This document shows positions 48,701 through 61,405 of a stretch of 64,000 bases of DNA, in pieces. Source of the stretch: Tubiluchus corallicola (lineage: Eukaryota; Animalia; Priapulida); NCBI GenBank assembly GCA_030141605.1, contig JAQGDQ010000272.1:186001-250000 (forward strand), written 5' to 3'. A program made the translations under genes and the position numbers. Below the pieces are notes generated by a model. That model ran no database searches. It had not been told where the DNA came from and saw nothing but the letters and a program-made list of their open reading frames with translations. Each line of letters starts with the position of its first letter. Within the stretch, counting starts at the first letter, position 1.

Positions 48701-51700
48701 ATACTGAAGAAAATAATTACTTATACTCTGGCTGGATTACCCTTTTGGCTCGCATATACTGTAGCTTAGGGCCCCTCAAGCTTGGGGAGGCCCATACTTT
48801 GCATTGCTGTCTTTAAAAAATGAGGCCTAGAAATCTGAAAATCCAGTTTTGAGGTGGTTCCTCACTTCAACACCTTTGAGATGAAAGATCCCTGTTTGAG
48901 GTTTTTTATTTGAGTCAAAGGGCCCCAATTTGAAGCCAATTGTTTGAAATAAGAGCCGCACTTTGAAGAATTTTATTTGAAATATGGAGCCCTCAGTAAA
49001 TGCTGCTAAAACATACAAGTAAAAAATATTCGTGACGAGTGCGAGCAAATTAGAGAGTGGCTCCATCTGAGGGGGCCCCAAAATTTCATTAGCCTAAGGG
49101 TCCCCAAAAGGTCATAACTCGGCCCTGTTTATTACTGCCTACTGCCAAATTTTATATTTTTTAACAAACCAGATAAAGAAAGAACCAACAAATTATTCAC
49201 ATTAACTCAGGTGCCTATATTGTATTTGCAAATAAAATGAATGAAACACTCACATCAAGAAAAGTATAAATGCAATCACTGCAGCGGCAAGGTAGAAACA
49301 CAGAAACACTACAACGGTAACAACAATGGCAACAACATACTGGCCTGCAACAAAATAACATGTTAATGATTAACATAACTAGTTAATGTGACAACAGCTC
49401 AGTAATTTAATCTTTTATTTTAGCAATTATAATGATGACTAATGAGGTTGTTACGATAATTACATTTAAATCCTTCAGGACCGTAAGCATTTGCTGCATT
49501 TTGCATAGGTTCATGAAAGCTGCTCTCACTAAGCAATGATTACATTATAATTGATAATTTTTGTATGTTTCTATTCCTCACAAAAAGGGCTTAAATGCAA
49601 ATTTATATATTAAATGCATTTGCTTGGCTTAAAAAAATTAAAAATAATTTTTGACGAAAAAATTTAAGAAATCTTTCAGTAACTGCAGTGTTTGCACTGT
49701 AACAAAGTACAGTATCACTTGTGCGAAATCAGCTAATGCAGAAAATTTTAGCTATCCAGACACAACACTCTGATAAACTTTGGCCTCGGATCTACACTAT
49801 TTTTATGGAGAAAGAGGAAAAGATGAAACAACCTAAATTTCTACTTGGCTGATCGGTTGGCTTTTCCTGGAATTCTGTACAGCAGATGGTTCTCCTCTTG
49901 ACCTGTAGCAAGCAGGCGATCAATAAAATAGTGTGCACAATCAAGCAAGTGCACACCAGAGACTAAGCTACTCAATAAGCTAAGTTGGTATTCTTGAAAA
50001 TGGTGTTTTTCTTAATTTTATCCAATTAAGTCACGTACAAATGTTAAAGCAAATAGGGTGATTGGATAGCCGAGATTCTCCTGAATAGAACAGCACCTAA
50101 TTTGTAATCAATTAGTTATATCTGTGCTAATACAGTAGCAGAAAAGTCGTAGGTCTATTTTCAGTGGTCCTGAAGGAGTTAATGATGTTAATGATGTAAC
50201 TAATTGAACTAATGCTTCACTTTATTTTCATCATCAGTAGCAATACAATTCTACAAAGTATTATATTTTCATAAATGCTAATTGCAAATGAGCAATTTCA
50301 AGTCAGCCTCACAAATGCATTAACTAGAAGTAGAAGGAATTTCGACAAACAATTACTTTTGCTGGTAGGTTCAATGACAACTTCAACATTTTTTATACGA
50401 TAAGGTCCCTTAGCTCTACTTGGCTCGATGGTCGCAATCTCTGTGCACTCGTAATCCGTTGCCCGGACAACGAAGACGATGTAAAATGCCTTCTCGGCAA
50501 AATCAGTTCTCTAAGAAAAGAAAAAGGTTTCAAGTTTTTTAATGAAAAAATGGTAAACAAACAAAAGCACGGAATTACATCCGATACTTCTGAAATACTG
50601 AAAAATAAAGCTGTTAATAGTGATCAATCTAGTGTGCAAGTTGTTACACAAAAACTGGGGGTGGGGTTGCAAACAAAAACAAGTTAATTTAGTAAACTCC
50701 ATTATACAATAAATTCATTTAAAACTTATTCCTTACATTTTACTTTTTCTATCTACATTGTGATTAAAACAGCAGTGGATAAGTTAACAAACCTGTTACA
50801 CTCAAAGCATTATCTGTTGAAAATTTTGAACTTACTACAGACTCTAATTTTTTACGATGGAAATCCGATTATTATTGATTATCGGATTGATTTTGTATCT
50901 GATTAACAGATTATGAAAATGAAACTGATTTCCTGGCACTAGTACCTGTATAGTTATGGCTGCTTGCTTTGTCATGGTTTGGTAAATACCGGTAAATTCC
51001 ACATTTCGATCCAAGTCAAACACGGGACACTAGAAATAATTAAAACACATTAGAAATACATTCTGAATCACTTTGTTATACCGAAAATGTTGTATTTTAT
51101 GAATGACTCAGATGCTGATTTAAGAATAAAGTATGGTTGTACTCTTTACTTTAATTTTAATGTGAAAAGAAAATTTAGAAAAGCATTTTATGAATGTGTA
51201 AGCAACTAAATGTAGCATGATGGTGATATGTAAATGGCTTTCATCGTGTTTTCTTTTTCTTTTAATTATTTTTTAATGTATTAATTAAAACTACATTGCT
51301 GTATAAAATGTTTATGCAAATAAAAGATTAATAATAATAATAGCTTCCTTGTCACAGGTAAAAATAATCAAAGTGATGCTAACAGGGGCATGGCCAGATT
51401 CTAAAGTTAGGGGGAGCATGAACATAAAAGGCGTCGTGACACATATCAAACAATTTTTAACTCATTGATTATGTATTTAACTTTTGTTTTTAAAATCAAA
51501 ACACAAGAAAGATACAGTTTTAAGGGAAGTACATAATTGTTATGTTGTATTTAACATTAAAACACAATAAAAAATTTTACAGTAACCACAGCAGTGAACT
51601 AAAAAAAATTATTGAAAAAGTGCCAATTTTGAAAAATGTTATCATTGGGCAATCATCAGTCCATGAAATCAGCATTAGTATGAAATCACCATATCAAAAA

Positions 51701-54686
51701 TTCCGCTAAAATCTTCCATTTATACATATGCCACATGTAAGATTAATACAGTAAGTATTCGCTTAACGACTTCCCGTTTGGCGACGTTGTTTTAATGACG
51801 CTGATCATTTTTTTCTTAACGATGCATGCTTCACTTTAACGACGATTTTTTTACTTTGTTCAAGGCAAATTTTTATTTTATCAGCAACATTTTTACATAA
51901 TTTAATGCACTAAAACGGTACATATTGCATATTGCTAAAAACACACTAGTAATGTAAATAGTGCAATTATTATATGTGTTTTTGTTTCCCGACTGACTAC
52001 TGACACTACTACTACTAGCGGTTTGTATTAGCTATCAAGTGACCAGCGAGCAAAGTTTATTGCAAGCAGTTTTGCTTGCAACCTGTTGCTATAGCAACCA
52101 GACTAACTTCATAGGCTTTGATAAAATTGTCAAGGTCGCCTAAGGGCTTACTTGGACTCTGCAGTGTTTATTGTTTAAGGGCTGTCTAGGCTTTAAAGGT
52201 TACCAAAGAGAAACCGCTATAGCTAGGTACTGGTAAGTAAAATATAATGGTTTCAGGCAATCAGAAATACATTAATCAGTAGAAATATGAATAAAACTCA
52301 TAAAATGCTTAACTTATATGATTTAAGCAGTATTGATTTTTGTCTCTAGAGGGTATCTCAATTCTTTTACATGACTTTTTATGGAAAACTTGGCTTCATT
52401 TAACAACGTTTCACTTAACATCGCGTTTTGTTGGAACACATTAGCGTCATTAAGCAAGGACTTACTGTAAATGCTTCAACAGATTGGCACTTAAAAGACA
52501 ACATAAAAAGAAAACATGTGTGAGTGAGATACTGAATCTAATGAAAGTCAGGATGCACTGCTAATACAAGTTTGAAGAAATTTTCAAAGATGCAAATTTC
52601 TGTAAAGCATTCTATTAACCAGATAAAAAAACTTAAAGGGGAAGAAAAAGCAATTTTAAAATATATCCCAAAAAACTTTCCACACAAAGTTATATTACTT
52701 AGTAATATGCATACCTGCTTGAAGACTTACGTAAGTAGACACGAAAATTCTTTGTAATTTAAAATGTTCAAGCCAACTTTTAAAATGTCATTGACTCACG
52801 TTGTCAGTGTGCAACATTGACTCACTAAAAACGTCTTAATCTTATAGACAAGATACAGGAATTCATACTTTTGCTTAGTTAGTGACGTGTGTGCTACGAA
52901 TATTCTGATTACTTTTTCAAACTTTACTCATTGGTATCTAAACTTATTTCAAATGACTTACAGTCAAAATGGCTGCACCTAACAGTCATCGCGGGAGTTT
53001 AAATTTACAAGTTTTATACAGTGTTATCGTTAATGTACGCTCTGTATGAAATAAGGCAGTAAGTACATGATACACAATGCCTCATTAGATTTATGTAAGT
53101 AAAAGGTGTTCTTGTGCTTTAATAATGATAGGCGTCAATAACTTTTCAAAAGGTTTTATTATCTTAAGGTTTATAATAATAGTGCATTCAGTACAGATTA
53201 CGTACAAAATAATAAATGGCTAAACCAGGTTGTATCAAATCTGTCTTAGCTTACTGCAATAAATGAGTTGAAATTTCATCTCGGCACACACTAGAACGTC
53301 ACAAGTCTTTATCGTTACGTGAGTTTAGTCATAAGGGAATCCAGAGACAAGCAAACCTTGTTAAACATACATTAATATTTTGAACGGACAAGTCCATGCA
53401 GTGGTCATCATCAGAAACGGCACGAATCGTAATGCTGCTGAAGTCGGTGTTGTTCGGAAAGCTAAACTGATAATACTTTGGCTCCGATGGTGAAACGTCT
53501 ATCGTTCTTTTCTCATTCAAACTAGAACAAAATATTTCACAAATGCATTTATTCAAACGAAAGTAGAACAACGAATAGTTTAACATGTTAAAGTATAAGC
53601 CTCTACTATCAAACAGTAAAGTAATTATGTAGTTAAAAATGAATTCTGACAAAGTTTATTCCATTACCATTCACACCAACCATCTACATTCTCAGTGCTT
53701 TGTTAATGCTTCCCCATTTATTACCCATAAGTAAATGGATATTTATTGCCAAATTTACACATCAGCAGCCACTACATAATTGACGACAATGTTGAGTTTG
53801 ATGATTCTACTATGTCTGCAGCTTAATGGATAAGACAGCTATTTTACGTGCACTAAAGTTTGCTGTAGAATTCAAGGCTATGCTTGATCAACTGTGACTG
53901 CATTTCATAAAAAAACACATTTTAAAGTGAAAGTAAATTTCATGATCAATTGGGACAAAGTCATACAGGGCTGTTAGTTTGAGAGTTGAGGCACTCAACC
54001 CTTGCTTTAAGCCCAGAAGCCACTGTTTCATCAAGCATAAAAATAACCCATTCTACAACATTCAAGGAAGCGAGTAATTGCAAGTGCAAAAAACGTAACA
54101 CAGTCGTAAACAACAGACCTTATCTCAAAATCATCAAGTAACTCCGAATATAATATAAAAGTGGTGTTCGTCGGATTCGATGTGGAAATATCCACGTAAA
54201 CAAACTGCTCCGCATCCACGTGTTTCTTTCCAACATGATAGTTCTCTGTAGGACAAAGGGTTCTATTGACCGTGTAGTAACTGAATCTGAAACGAAATAA
54301 TACACAATCAAAGTTCAAATTTTAAAGCACCTTACGAAACATGCGTTTCGAGCCAATTTTATTACAGGCACATAAAAACATTTGTAGTTAAAAACAACAC
54401 AACTTTATTAAAAACTTTTACATTAAAAAGTTAAAAGTTGTGTTGTTCTTAACTATACATGCATTTTCCATATTTATAGTATACTTTAACTAGTGACATA
54501 GACATAAACATCCTCATTGGTCATATATACTACACATGGTATACAATTTATACATGAGTTTTTCATTTATCCTTCTCACAGATTAATTGAGTAAGCATTT
54601 AGCACAGCAAGTTCACAAATGTAATTAAGTTCAATTATACACACACGCGCGCACACACACACAAACACACACGCACGCACGCGCGT

Positions 54687-54725
<39 letters not shown>

Positions 54726-55123
54726 AAACAAAGCTGAAAAATAGAAAAAAATATTGAAAAGTGTTTAGCTACTATTGAACGGTTTAATTTAAATGATTTG
54801 TTCCTGAAAAGGGGTACATTTAATCTTACTTTGTGTGGGAGAAATGTAAATTCCTCAAGCAGAAGATGAAAGCTGTCTGATATAAGTTTCTTTAACATCT
54901 TCAGTAATTTTAATTTTTAAAACTCAAAAATTAGTTTTTAATACTTTTAAGTCTTTGTTAAAAATTATGCAAACAAATGAAAGAAAGAAACTTCCACCTA
55001 CATATTCTCAAGCTGCAAAGGAACCTGCCAGGAGATGACGCCTCTTTGCTGTCGAATGACAAACAACGTTGGATAATCTTCAGAAGCTTGGGCACTGTAA
55101 ACGTGTACTCTCACAGCTTGCAG
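32995..55123 (-). CDS. SIDT1: SID-1 transmembrane family member (SIDT1/SIDT2-like), 19 exons, 738 aa recovered, N-terminus missing
   Basis: GT-AG exons in transcription order: 55002-55123, 54119-54286, 53371-53521, 50946-51029, 50357-50510, 49254-49344, 48241-48337, 46840-46977, 45017-45157, 43040-43188, 41670-41836, 40244-40380, 38980-39082, 37996-38069, 37788-37834, 37092-37197, 36284-36394, 34111-34224, 32995-33057. Total 2217 nt with consistent phases. Motifs [90 protein letters not shown]...RDKIPVF*. SIDT1 vs SIDT2 cannot be distinguished. Confidence 0.96.
34873..35450. repeat. Minisatellite, (cacatatcgttatcattgttat/aggt)-like 22-27 bp units
   Basis: Directly visible. It explains the repetitive HISLSLL ORFs. 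Confidence 0.93.
35754..36208. mobile_element. TA-TSD MITE family A, copy 1 (inverted relative to copies 2 and 3)
   Basis: TA|CACTCATATCTCGGTTTGCCAGAC ... GTCTGGCAAACCGAGATATGAGTG|TA. Confidence 0.9.
36482..36886. mobile_element. MITE with TAGGG...CCCTA ends and (ttcgaa/gaatc) subterminal repeats
   Basis: tagggttgagc ... gctcgccccta, with clusters of gaatcgaatc and ttcgaattcgaa near both ends. Confidence 0.55.
39478..39530 (+). mobile_element. Degenerate 5S-derived SINE head fragment
   Basis: ctgaagttaagcattgctgagtctagcatcaataaatggatgtgtgacc resembles the 5S A-box to C-box region and the reverse complement of 1764-1820. Confidence 0.4.
40565..40925. mobile_element. TA-TSD MITE family A, copy 2
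   Basis: actcatatctcgatttgccgga ... gcaaaccaagatatgagtg|TA; internal sequence colinear with copy 3. Confidence 0.85.
41853..42265. mobile_element. TA-TSD MITE family A, copy 3
   Basis: TA|cattcatatctcggtttgccagac ... ccggcaaaccgagacatgagtg|TA. Confidence 0.9.
42640..42780. repeat. (TTA)n microsatellite
   Basis: Directly visible. Confidence 0.97.
45279..46283. mobile_element. Kolobok-like non-autonomous element, copy 2, interrupted by a nested MITE
   Basis: Homologous to 305-918; TTAAAG start and ccttttaaa end. Confidence 0.6.
45443..45854. mobile_element. Nested hAT-like MITE with 6 bp TSD
   Basis: ttacat|CAGGGTTCCCAC ... ATGGGAAACCTG|ttacat, with tt(c/t)cctgac subterminal repeats. The empty site (gttacatgcatttc) is seen in the paralog at ~456-469. 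Confidence 0.9.
48728..49126. mobile_element. hAT-type MITE with ggggcccc subterminal motifs
   Basis: Right end tcggccctg; inverted gggcccc/ggggcccca motifs near both ends. The left end is degenerate. Confidence 0.5.
49470..50178. mobile_element. piggyBac-type MITE (TTAA TSD)
   Basis: TTAA|atccttcaggacc ... ggtcctgaaggag|TTAA. Confidence 0.8.
51749..52467. mobile_element. Tigger/pogo-like MITE (TA TSD)
   Basis: TA|cagtaagtattcgcttaacgac ... gtcattaagcaaggacttactg|TA. An inverted partial copy lies at ~32085-32298. Confidence 0.8.
52610..53170 (+). repeat. Dispersed repeat with three same-orientation copies (also ~56670-57080 and ~62900-63320)
   Basis: Shared blocks ttcca(c/t)acaaagt(t/a)atattac(t/a)tag, ctg(c/t)ttgaa and catcg(c/t)g.ga.tttaaattt.caa.ttttata. 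Confidence 0.75.
54638..54724. repeat. (CA)n/(CG) microsatellite
   Basis: Directly visible; a (TG)n tract also lies at 57116-57158. Confidence 0.95.
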
Positions 55124-57159
55124 CTGAAACAAATAATACCAACACCTTGAAAACAATGACATTTAAAAATCTATGAAGCACAAAGGCATAAAATAGCTTA
55201 CCCAGTTTTACTCATAATGCTATACTGACCCTCTACTCAGGGCCGGCTCTACCACTAGGAAAACTAGGCAGTTGCCTAGAGGGCCAAATTTTGGGGGGCG
55301 CCAATTCCGGAAGTAATTCCTTAATTTTTAAGTTTAGAATATGTAATAACATAATGTATATATGTGCAATTGCTGCTTAAGGAACACAACACTTTAATTA
55401 AATGAAATGATATAAAATATAAATAAATGTTCTTACTAATGATAATTTAGTTTTTTACAACTCTGCAATCTTCACGTATAAAACTAATAGTAAATTCTTT
55501 CCCAATTTCTTCAATAATCCTGTCATATTAAACGTAAAATACCATAATACACGTTATAACCAATACATTATCACATATGTTCACTCCAGTGTTGCTAAGC
55601 AGTTCATCAAATTCACCAAGCAGTAGATCTTGGTGCCAGGTGCAGCTATACATCCACATACTGACCGCAGTTTAATCTGCTTAACTCTGATAAAGAAAGT
55701 AATTCTAAACTAATCAGCAAAATACCACTAATTTTACATTTGCTTCCCTAAAACCTCGATAAGACGGCGATAAAGAACGCGAATCGAAATTGTAACTCTT
55801 CCCTATAATTTGCGCAATACTAATGCTTATGGAAAAATAACATTTTTCTGGTTTTTGCTTACTCCCCCTGAAATACTTATTTAACTTCAAATGTCAAACA
55901 GCCATAGATCCTAGTTAATGCCACCACGCATTCTATATGGCGTCAAAATACCTGAAATGCATGATCAAAAGGATTTTGCAAAAATCTGCAATAGTGGATT
56001 CATTCGCTTCCAGCAATAAATGCAGAAAACACTGTGATTTAGAGCAAAGTGTAAACAGCACGCTGACTGGCATGATATCAAATACACAAGGAAGCAAATG
56101 TTTCGCATAAGCATTTCTTCATTGTAAAGCTGCGCATTATATTGTATTACTTCATTTTATTTTACATTCCGAAAGATTTTTGGTCACTTTATACTCCAGC
56201 TAAGCCCACTTTTGCTCACGGATATTAGTGCTTACTTTGAGATATCATCTGATAAATTACTAGAAAATTCCTTAGTAAAAGAATTTTTAACAAAACTGTG
56301 GGAGTTTTCACAAAAATGATGTGATAAAATTTCATTTACGTCAACTGGTTATATCAACTAGCTTTTTCCCCCACACTAAAATGAAAAGTTTGCAATTCAT
56401 AGCACCTATTGAAAGTAAATGCATGAGAAACAATTATAAAAACTAAAACTAAGCGCCTATGGCCACCCTGGAGATGTTGAAAGGAAGACAGAATGATTTC
56501 TCATACACTACCCCATCTTCAAGTCCGATAAAAAGTGTACATTTTAACACAATTAATACAGCAAAAGTTTTTATCTTTAATCAAAATAAACTGTAAGTGT
56601 ATTCTTAACCTACTTTTTCAAGTCTTTTCATGCATAAACAACAAACTTGTGGCTACTTCTGCTAGGATAGATTTTCCATACAAAGTTATATTACTTAGCA
56701 CTATGCTTATCTGTTTGAAGGACTTATATAATTAGAAAAGAAAATACTTAAAATTTAAAACATTCGTGCCACCTGGTGAAACAGGATGCACTGCACTGCC
56801 ATCCCCAGTGTGCGCCACCGATTCACCAAAAATACATTATTAATGTTAATGTCAGTAAAACGTTATTTACAATTTTTCTTAGTTAGCAAAGGGTGTACTA
56901 TGAAAGCTGATTATTTTCCAAACTTTATAGAATGTTATCTAGACTTGTTTCAAACCAAACAAGTTAATGTAAAAACACCTGTGCTTAACGTCCATCGCGG
57001 CGGGAGTTTAAATTTACAAATTTTATACAGCATTGCTGTTAATACAAGTTCTATGCACAATATGCCGCCATGTAAGTGATACAGTATTTATATATACAAA
57101 ATACATGTAGTATTTTGTGTGTGCGTGTGTGTGTGTGTGTGTGCGCGCGCGTGCGTGCC

Positions 57160-57881
57160 AACAAGTCCACAAATGTCATGCTTTTCTGTACAAACAGTGA
57201 CTTCCCTTCCTGGGTGAAAAAGGTCATTGACTTTCACAACGTTGAAACCTGGAACTCTAATTTGAGGTATACTATAGCAGAGTCAACGTATCTAGAACTA
57301 TTGAAGTCTCTTTTATCAGTGAGAGCAAGCACGTGCGACGAACTAGTCCAAATAGAAAGTGAATATCCTTCATTTAAAGTGTGGCTAACAGCGCGCCAGA
57401 TTAATATGTGGTTTAAACTGTCTTCTGAACCGGAGAAACATGAGCTTCTAATGACTGCATTGAATATTAACAGAGCTGTTAACGGGAAGTTGTCGAAATG
57501 TTTAGAAGAATTACCGAGGAACAAAGCTATTTTTCTAGAAAGGAGTAAGCAAGAGTTAATTGAATCCATAGAAAGAAGTGATTCCACTAATCGCGTGACG
57601 TATAGATTGCTAAACCCAGAATTAAAGACTCATGCAATTCCTTACGGAACTCTTGAACGGCATCGTATTGCTTTTACGAGGCTTCGTCTGCAGTCAAATA
57701 ACCTTCGAATAGAAACCGGACGGCGGAGACGAGAACCTAGAGAGCACAGATTGTTCAGAAGGGGCAGCTGATTAGGTAACCAAAAGAGGTCTTTCGCTGC
57801 TCCTTCTCAGTTACATTGAAATGTCAAAATAATCATGCCAAATTTTTAACTATTATTGAGAAAATAAAGTTGAATTGAATT
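57160..57881 (+). mobile_element. 5'-truncated non-LTR retrotransposon (LINE) 3' end
   Basis: ORF ends HRIAFTRLRLQSNNLRIETGRRRREPREHRL, matching the RLRLxxHxLxIETGR...RLC motif C-terminal to RT in invertebrate LINEs. Followed by aataaag(ttgaa)n tail at ~57863-57881. Confidence 0.75.
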
Positions 57882-60800
57882 TAAGACAGTTTTCTTGTCC
57901 TTTAAAGTCATTGCACGGGAACTAAATTCCTCAGGTCTGTCCAAGCCAGGTGTCCACATTGTGCAGTTGAATAGGCTCATTACAGAATCAATTTAGTCCT
58001 ACACGTGACATGTATTAATCATTTTTATGTCCGCACCGTTATTTTCTGTCGCTCACTAGGGAACTGTCTCTATAACTACCGTTCAGACTGGCGTGGTTTA
58101 TTGTCCGTGTTATAATATACAGCCCTTTCACATTACTAATATAGTCGGTCGTTCGATGCTGGCGAGGGAAAAATTAATAGACACGGCTAGAAGAGGTTTC
58201 AGAAATTCCTGCTATTGAAATTGACCTACGTTATTGTTTGATAAGCTGCAAGAACATCTTTAGGACGATGCAGTGTCCCCAAACTGACCTTGACTATGCT
58301 TCTACGATTCAATTCAATTCACCTTTTATTTCAGAGTTAAATTTGTCATATAATTCACTAAGAAGATAAATTACTACAAAAACCACAGACATACAAAATA
58401 CTAACTCTACTAATTACACGCAACAACAATAAAAAAATATGAGCTACCCACAACAAACAAGAAGGATGTCCAAAACCTAAACATTTTGAAGTATACCGTA
58501 CATCAGAGTCATTAAAGTCAAATCTAAATCAAAAAGCGTTTCTGGGCTTCTGACATGTACTTAGTAACACAATGAGTTCTATGCCAAGCAGTAACTATCC
58601 AAAAATTAGGTAGCACACTACATACACGTGGAAATCAGTGGGTAGCACTATTTCACACGTGGAGATCAGTGGGTGACACTGTTTCAATTTTTTGTGGGTC
58701 TTATTTGCACAGCTTCAAGGTAACACACGTTTAAAAACCTACAGACAAATAATAAGAATATACTAACGTTGGTTAACTGGTCAACCAAAATTAAGCTTAT
58801 TTTTATAAATTACTTTCAGAAAGACAGTGAGCGTCTAGCTTTAGAACAAATAAAAAAATAAAAACAAACAGCAATCAAAACTATGAACAGAAGCCAGACG
58901 AAGATACATTTTATACTCTTCTATGCCAGAAGAAGCCAAAACGGACTGCGATCTGATAAAGTGGACAAATAATTAACTAAATACGCATAAAGTGAACATT
59001 TTTGTATTTTAATAGTAATACAGTGAACATTCCCTTTGCCCTGCCTTGCACAGCATAAGCTGAAAACTCATTATCAATGGCTAACTCCTAAATCCGCTTG
59101 GACTGAATCTGTCTGGTAGAATTAGCTTTACTGCGCTTTGGTAATTATGTGACTGATAAATCACTATGGTAACCTGCATCTTCCAATCAGTTCATGAATT
59201 CTAACGCAAGCAGACTTTGAAGCAATCGGTTAGCTAAACATTAAACATGTTTTGGCAACACATTTGTTTACGAAAAACTTATTTCCACAGAAAATAACTT
59301 GGAAATGGGTGAGAAGAAAAGAAAGTCAGAAATGAAAAGAATGTAATTTTTAGATCTACGTGAAATGTCTGTCACAGTGAGTGAATGTCTGTGTTGGTTA
59401 CAACAAACTGAGCAAAACTTTTAAAACGAAATCAAATCTCTTTATGTTGCCTACGTTGGCATTGAGCAAGTTTGCCATTACAATGGGGTGCATCACATAC
59501 ATCATGGACGCCGTCAGAGTTTAAAAAATTTGATGCTCAAGCAGCTCGGCGGTCTGGTGGAGCGCTGTAAGATCCCCCAGCAGGGTCCGGGCGGAGCCTC
59601 GTCCACCAATGCATTTTTCTGTATTTAAACACATTTTGGAGGCCTCAAATGAAATCTAAATTCTGGTACATGGACTTCCTAAAACGTGAAAAATTCTGCT
59701 TTAATAACTACATTTTACCTACATTTACCTAGCTATTATTCATTGTATTCTATTGTAGTAGTCATATATTTTAAAAGCAAGTTCATAATACCCTGCAATG
59801 CGGATGACCCATTACTTAAGCTTAATTTATTTAGTGTCAAGATTAGCTACCGCGCAAAAGGCGAATAGTCAGACATAAAACTGATATGAGACTGTTAAGT
59901 TTACAGCCCATCCACTGTTTAGAATCACACTATGTAAGTGACATCCATAAGCATAACTTTCTATGCAAATTAGCTTGCTACTCAGGGATTGCGCAAACAA
60001 ACAAAGGGTTGATGTGTATCTTGGTTTAGTGCTAAAAAATATATTTAGCCTTAAAAAAATTTTCTTAAGAAATTCTGTGGACGCACGGCGCCCATGACAT
60101 ACATGTCTATGCAAATACAGATATTTTGTTTTGCCAAAAATATGGTCGCTAATTGAGGTTGACCTCTCATAAAAGGGGGCATTATAGAGGTCTGGCTATA
60201 TTGTAACATGACAGAAAATACATTTTAGTATATTATGTAATATATACACTGAATAAATGTTTTTGCCCTTTGTTGTTATGCTTGATATCTAAATTCATAA
60301 GAAAAAAATCTAACAATGTCTATAATGATGATGTCTGCATGCCAATGCAGTCCAGAATCAGAATTACCAATAACATTTTCGAAATGAGCGAAAGTCGTTC
60401 TAGTACAAATACCATTTAGGATAAATATTTAAATAACAGGCATCAGTGTTCAATAAGCTTGAATAATAATGTATGGTGACAGCAGTGACAGTGTCTAAGA
60501 AATCAATTTGATTGACCTGTGCAAATGTAGCAGGCAATCAACGGTACATCAGTAACGGAAACTACATCAGTCCGTAGGAAATGCAGTAAATATGTTAGCC
60601 AGAATACAAATATAAAGAATCATATATTTGATCCCAAAAATGTCAAACTTTATCTTGCTTCTATTATTTATTTATCATTTATTCGAATGTCTCTTGCAAA
60701 TAATACAATCATGTTAGTGAATTCGTAAAAAAAGAAAGAAACATTAGTCTTATTATACCACACCCACCCAACAAAAGCATATAGAAATCAAACAGTAGTT

Positions 60801-61206
60801 ATATATTCAAGTATGTCGTACAGTTCTATGTAACTTAAAAAAGTGAAGTAATTTTCACGAGCATCTAAAATGTCTAATAAAAAGTGTACGGCATTCATTT
60901 TACCATTGCTATATGCACATTTACTGATATCTTTTAAATCTCCCCCTAAATTTGAGTTATCAAATGTACAGTAGTTATACAAGGTTTTAACAAACTGTAA
61001 ATTATGTTGGGGATAAATTGGTACACTGTCATGTGCTGTCACCTTTTAGGCCCTTTAGGCCCATGAAGCCAACATTTAAATTTGTTACCCTGTACTTACA
61101 TTCTCAGGTGTTTAATCTTTTTATATGCAGAAGGTAGTAGGACAGTAGGCTGTTACACAGTCTAGAAACTGGCTATCAGCTTTCTAATTTTTAGTCTGAT
61201 TTGATG

Positions 61207-61405
61207 ATATAAATGCTGTGACGTTTCTGCAGCTTATGTTTGATGCTTGCAAGATATAAATGCTGTGACTTTTCTGCAGTTTATGTTTGATGCTTGCAAG
61301 ATCTAAATGCTGTCACTTTTCTGCAGCTTATGTTTGATGCTTGCAAGATCTAAATGCTGTGACTTTTCTGCAGCTTATGTTTGATGCTTGCAAGACCTAA
61401 ATGCC
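61207..61405. repeat. 47 bp tandem repeat, just over 4 copies
   Basis: at(a/c)taaatgctgtgacttttctgcagcttatgtttgatgcttgcaag at 61207, 61254, 61301, 61348. Confidence 0.95.
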
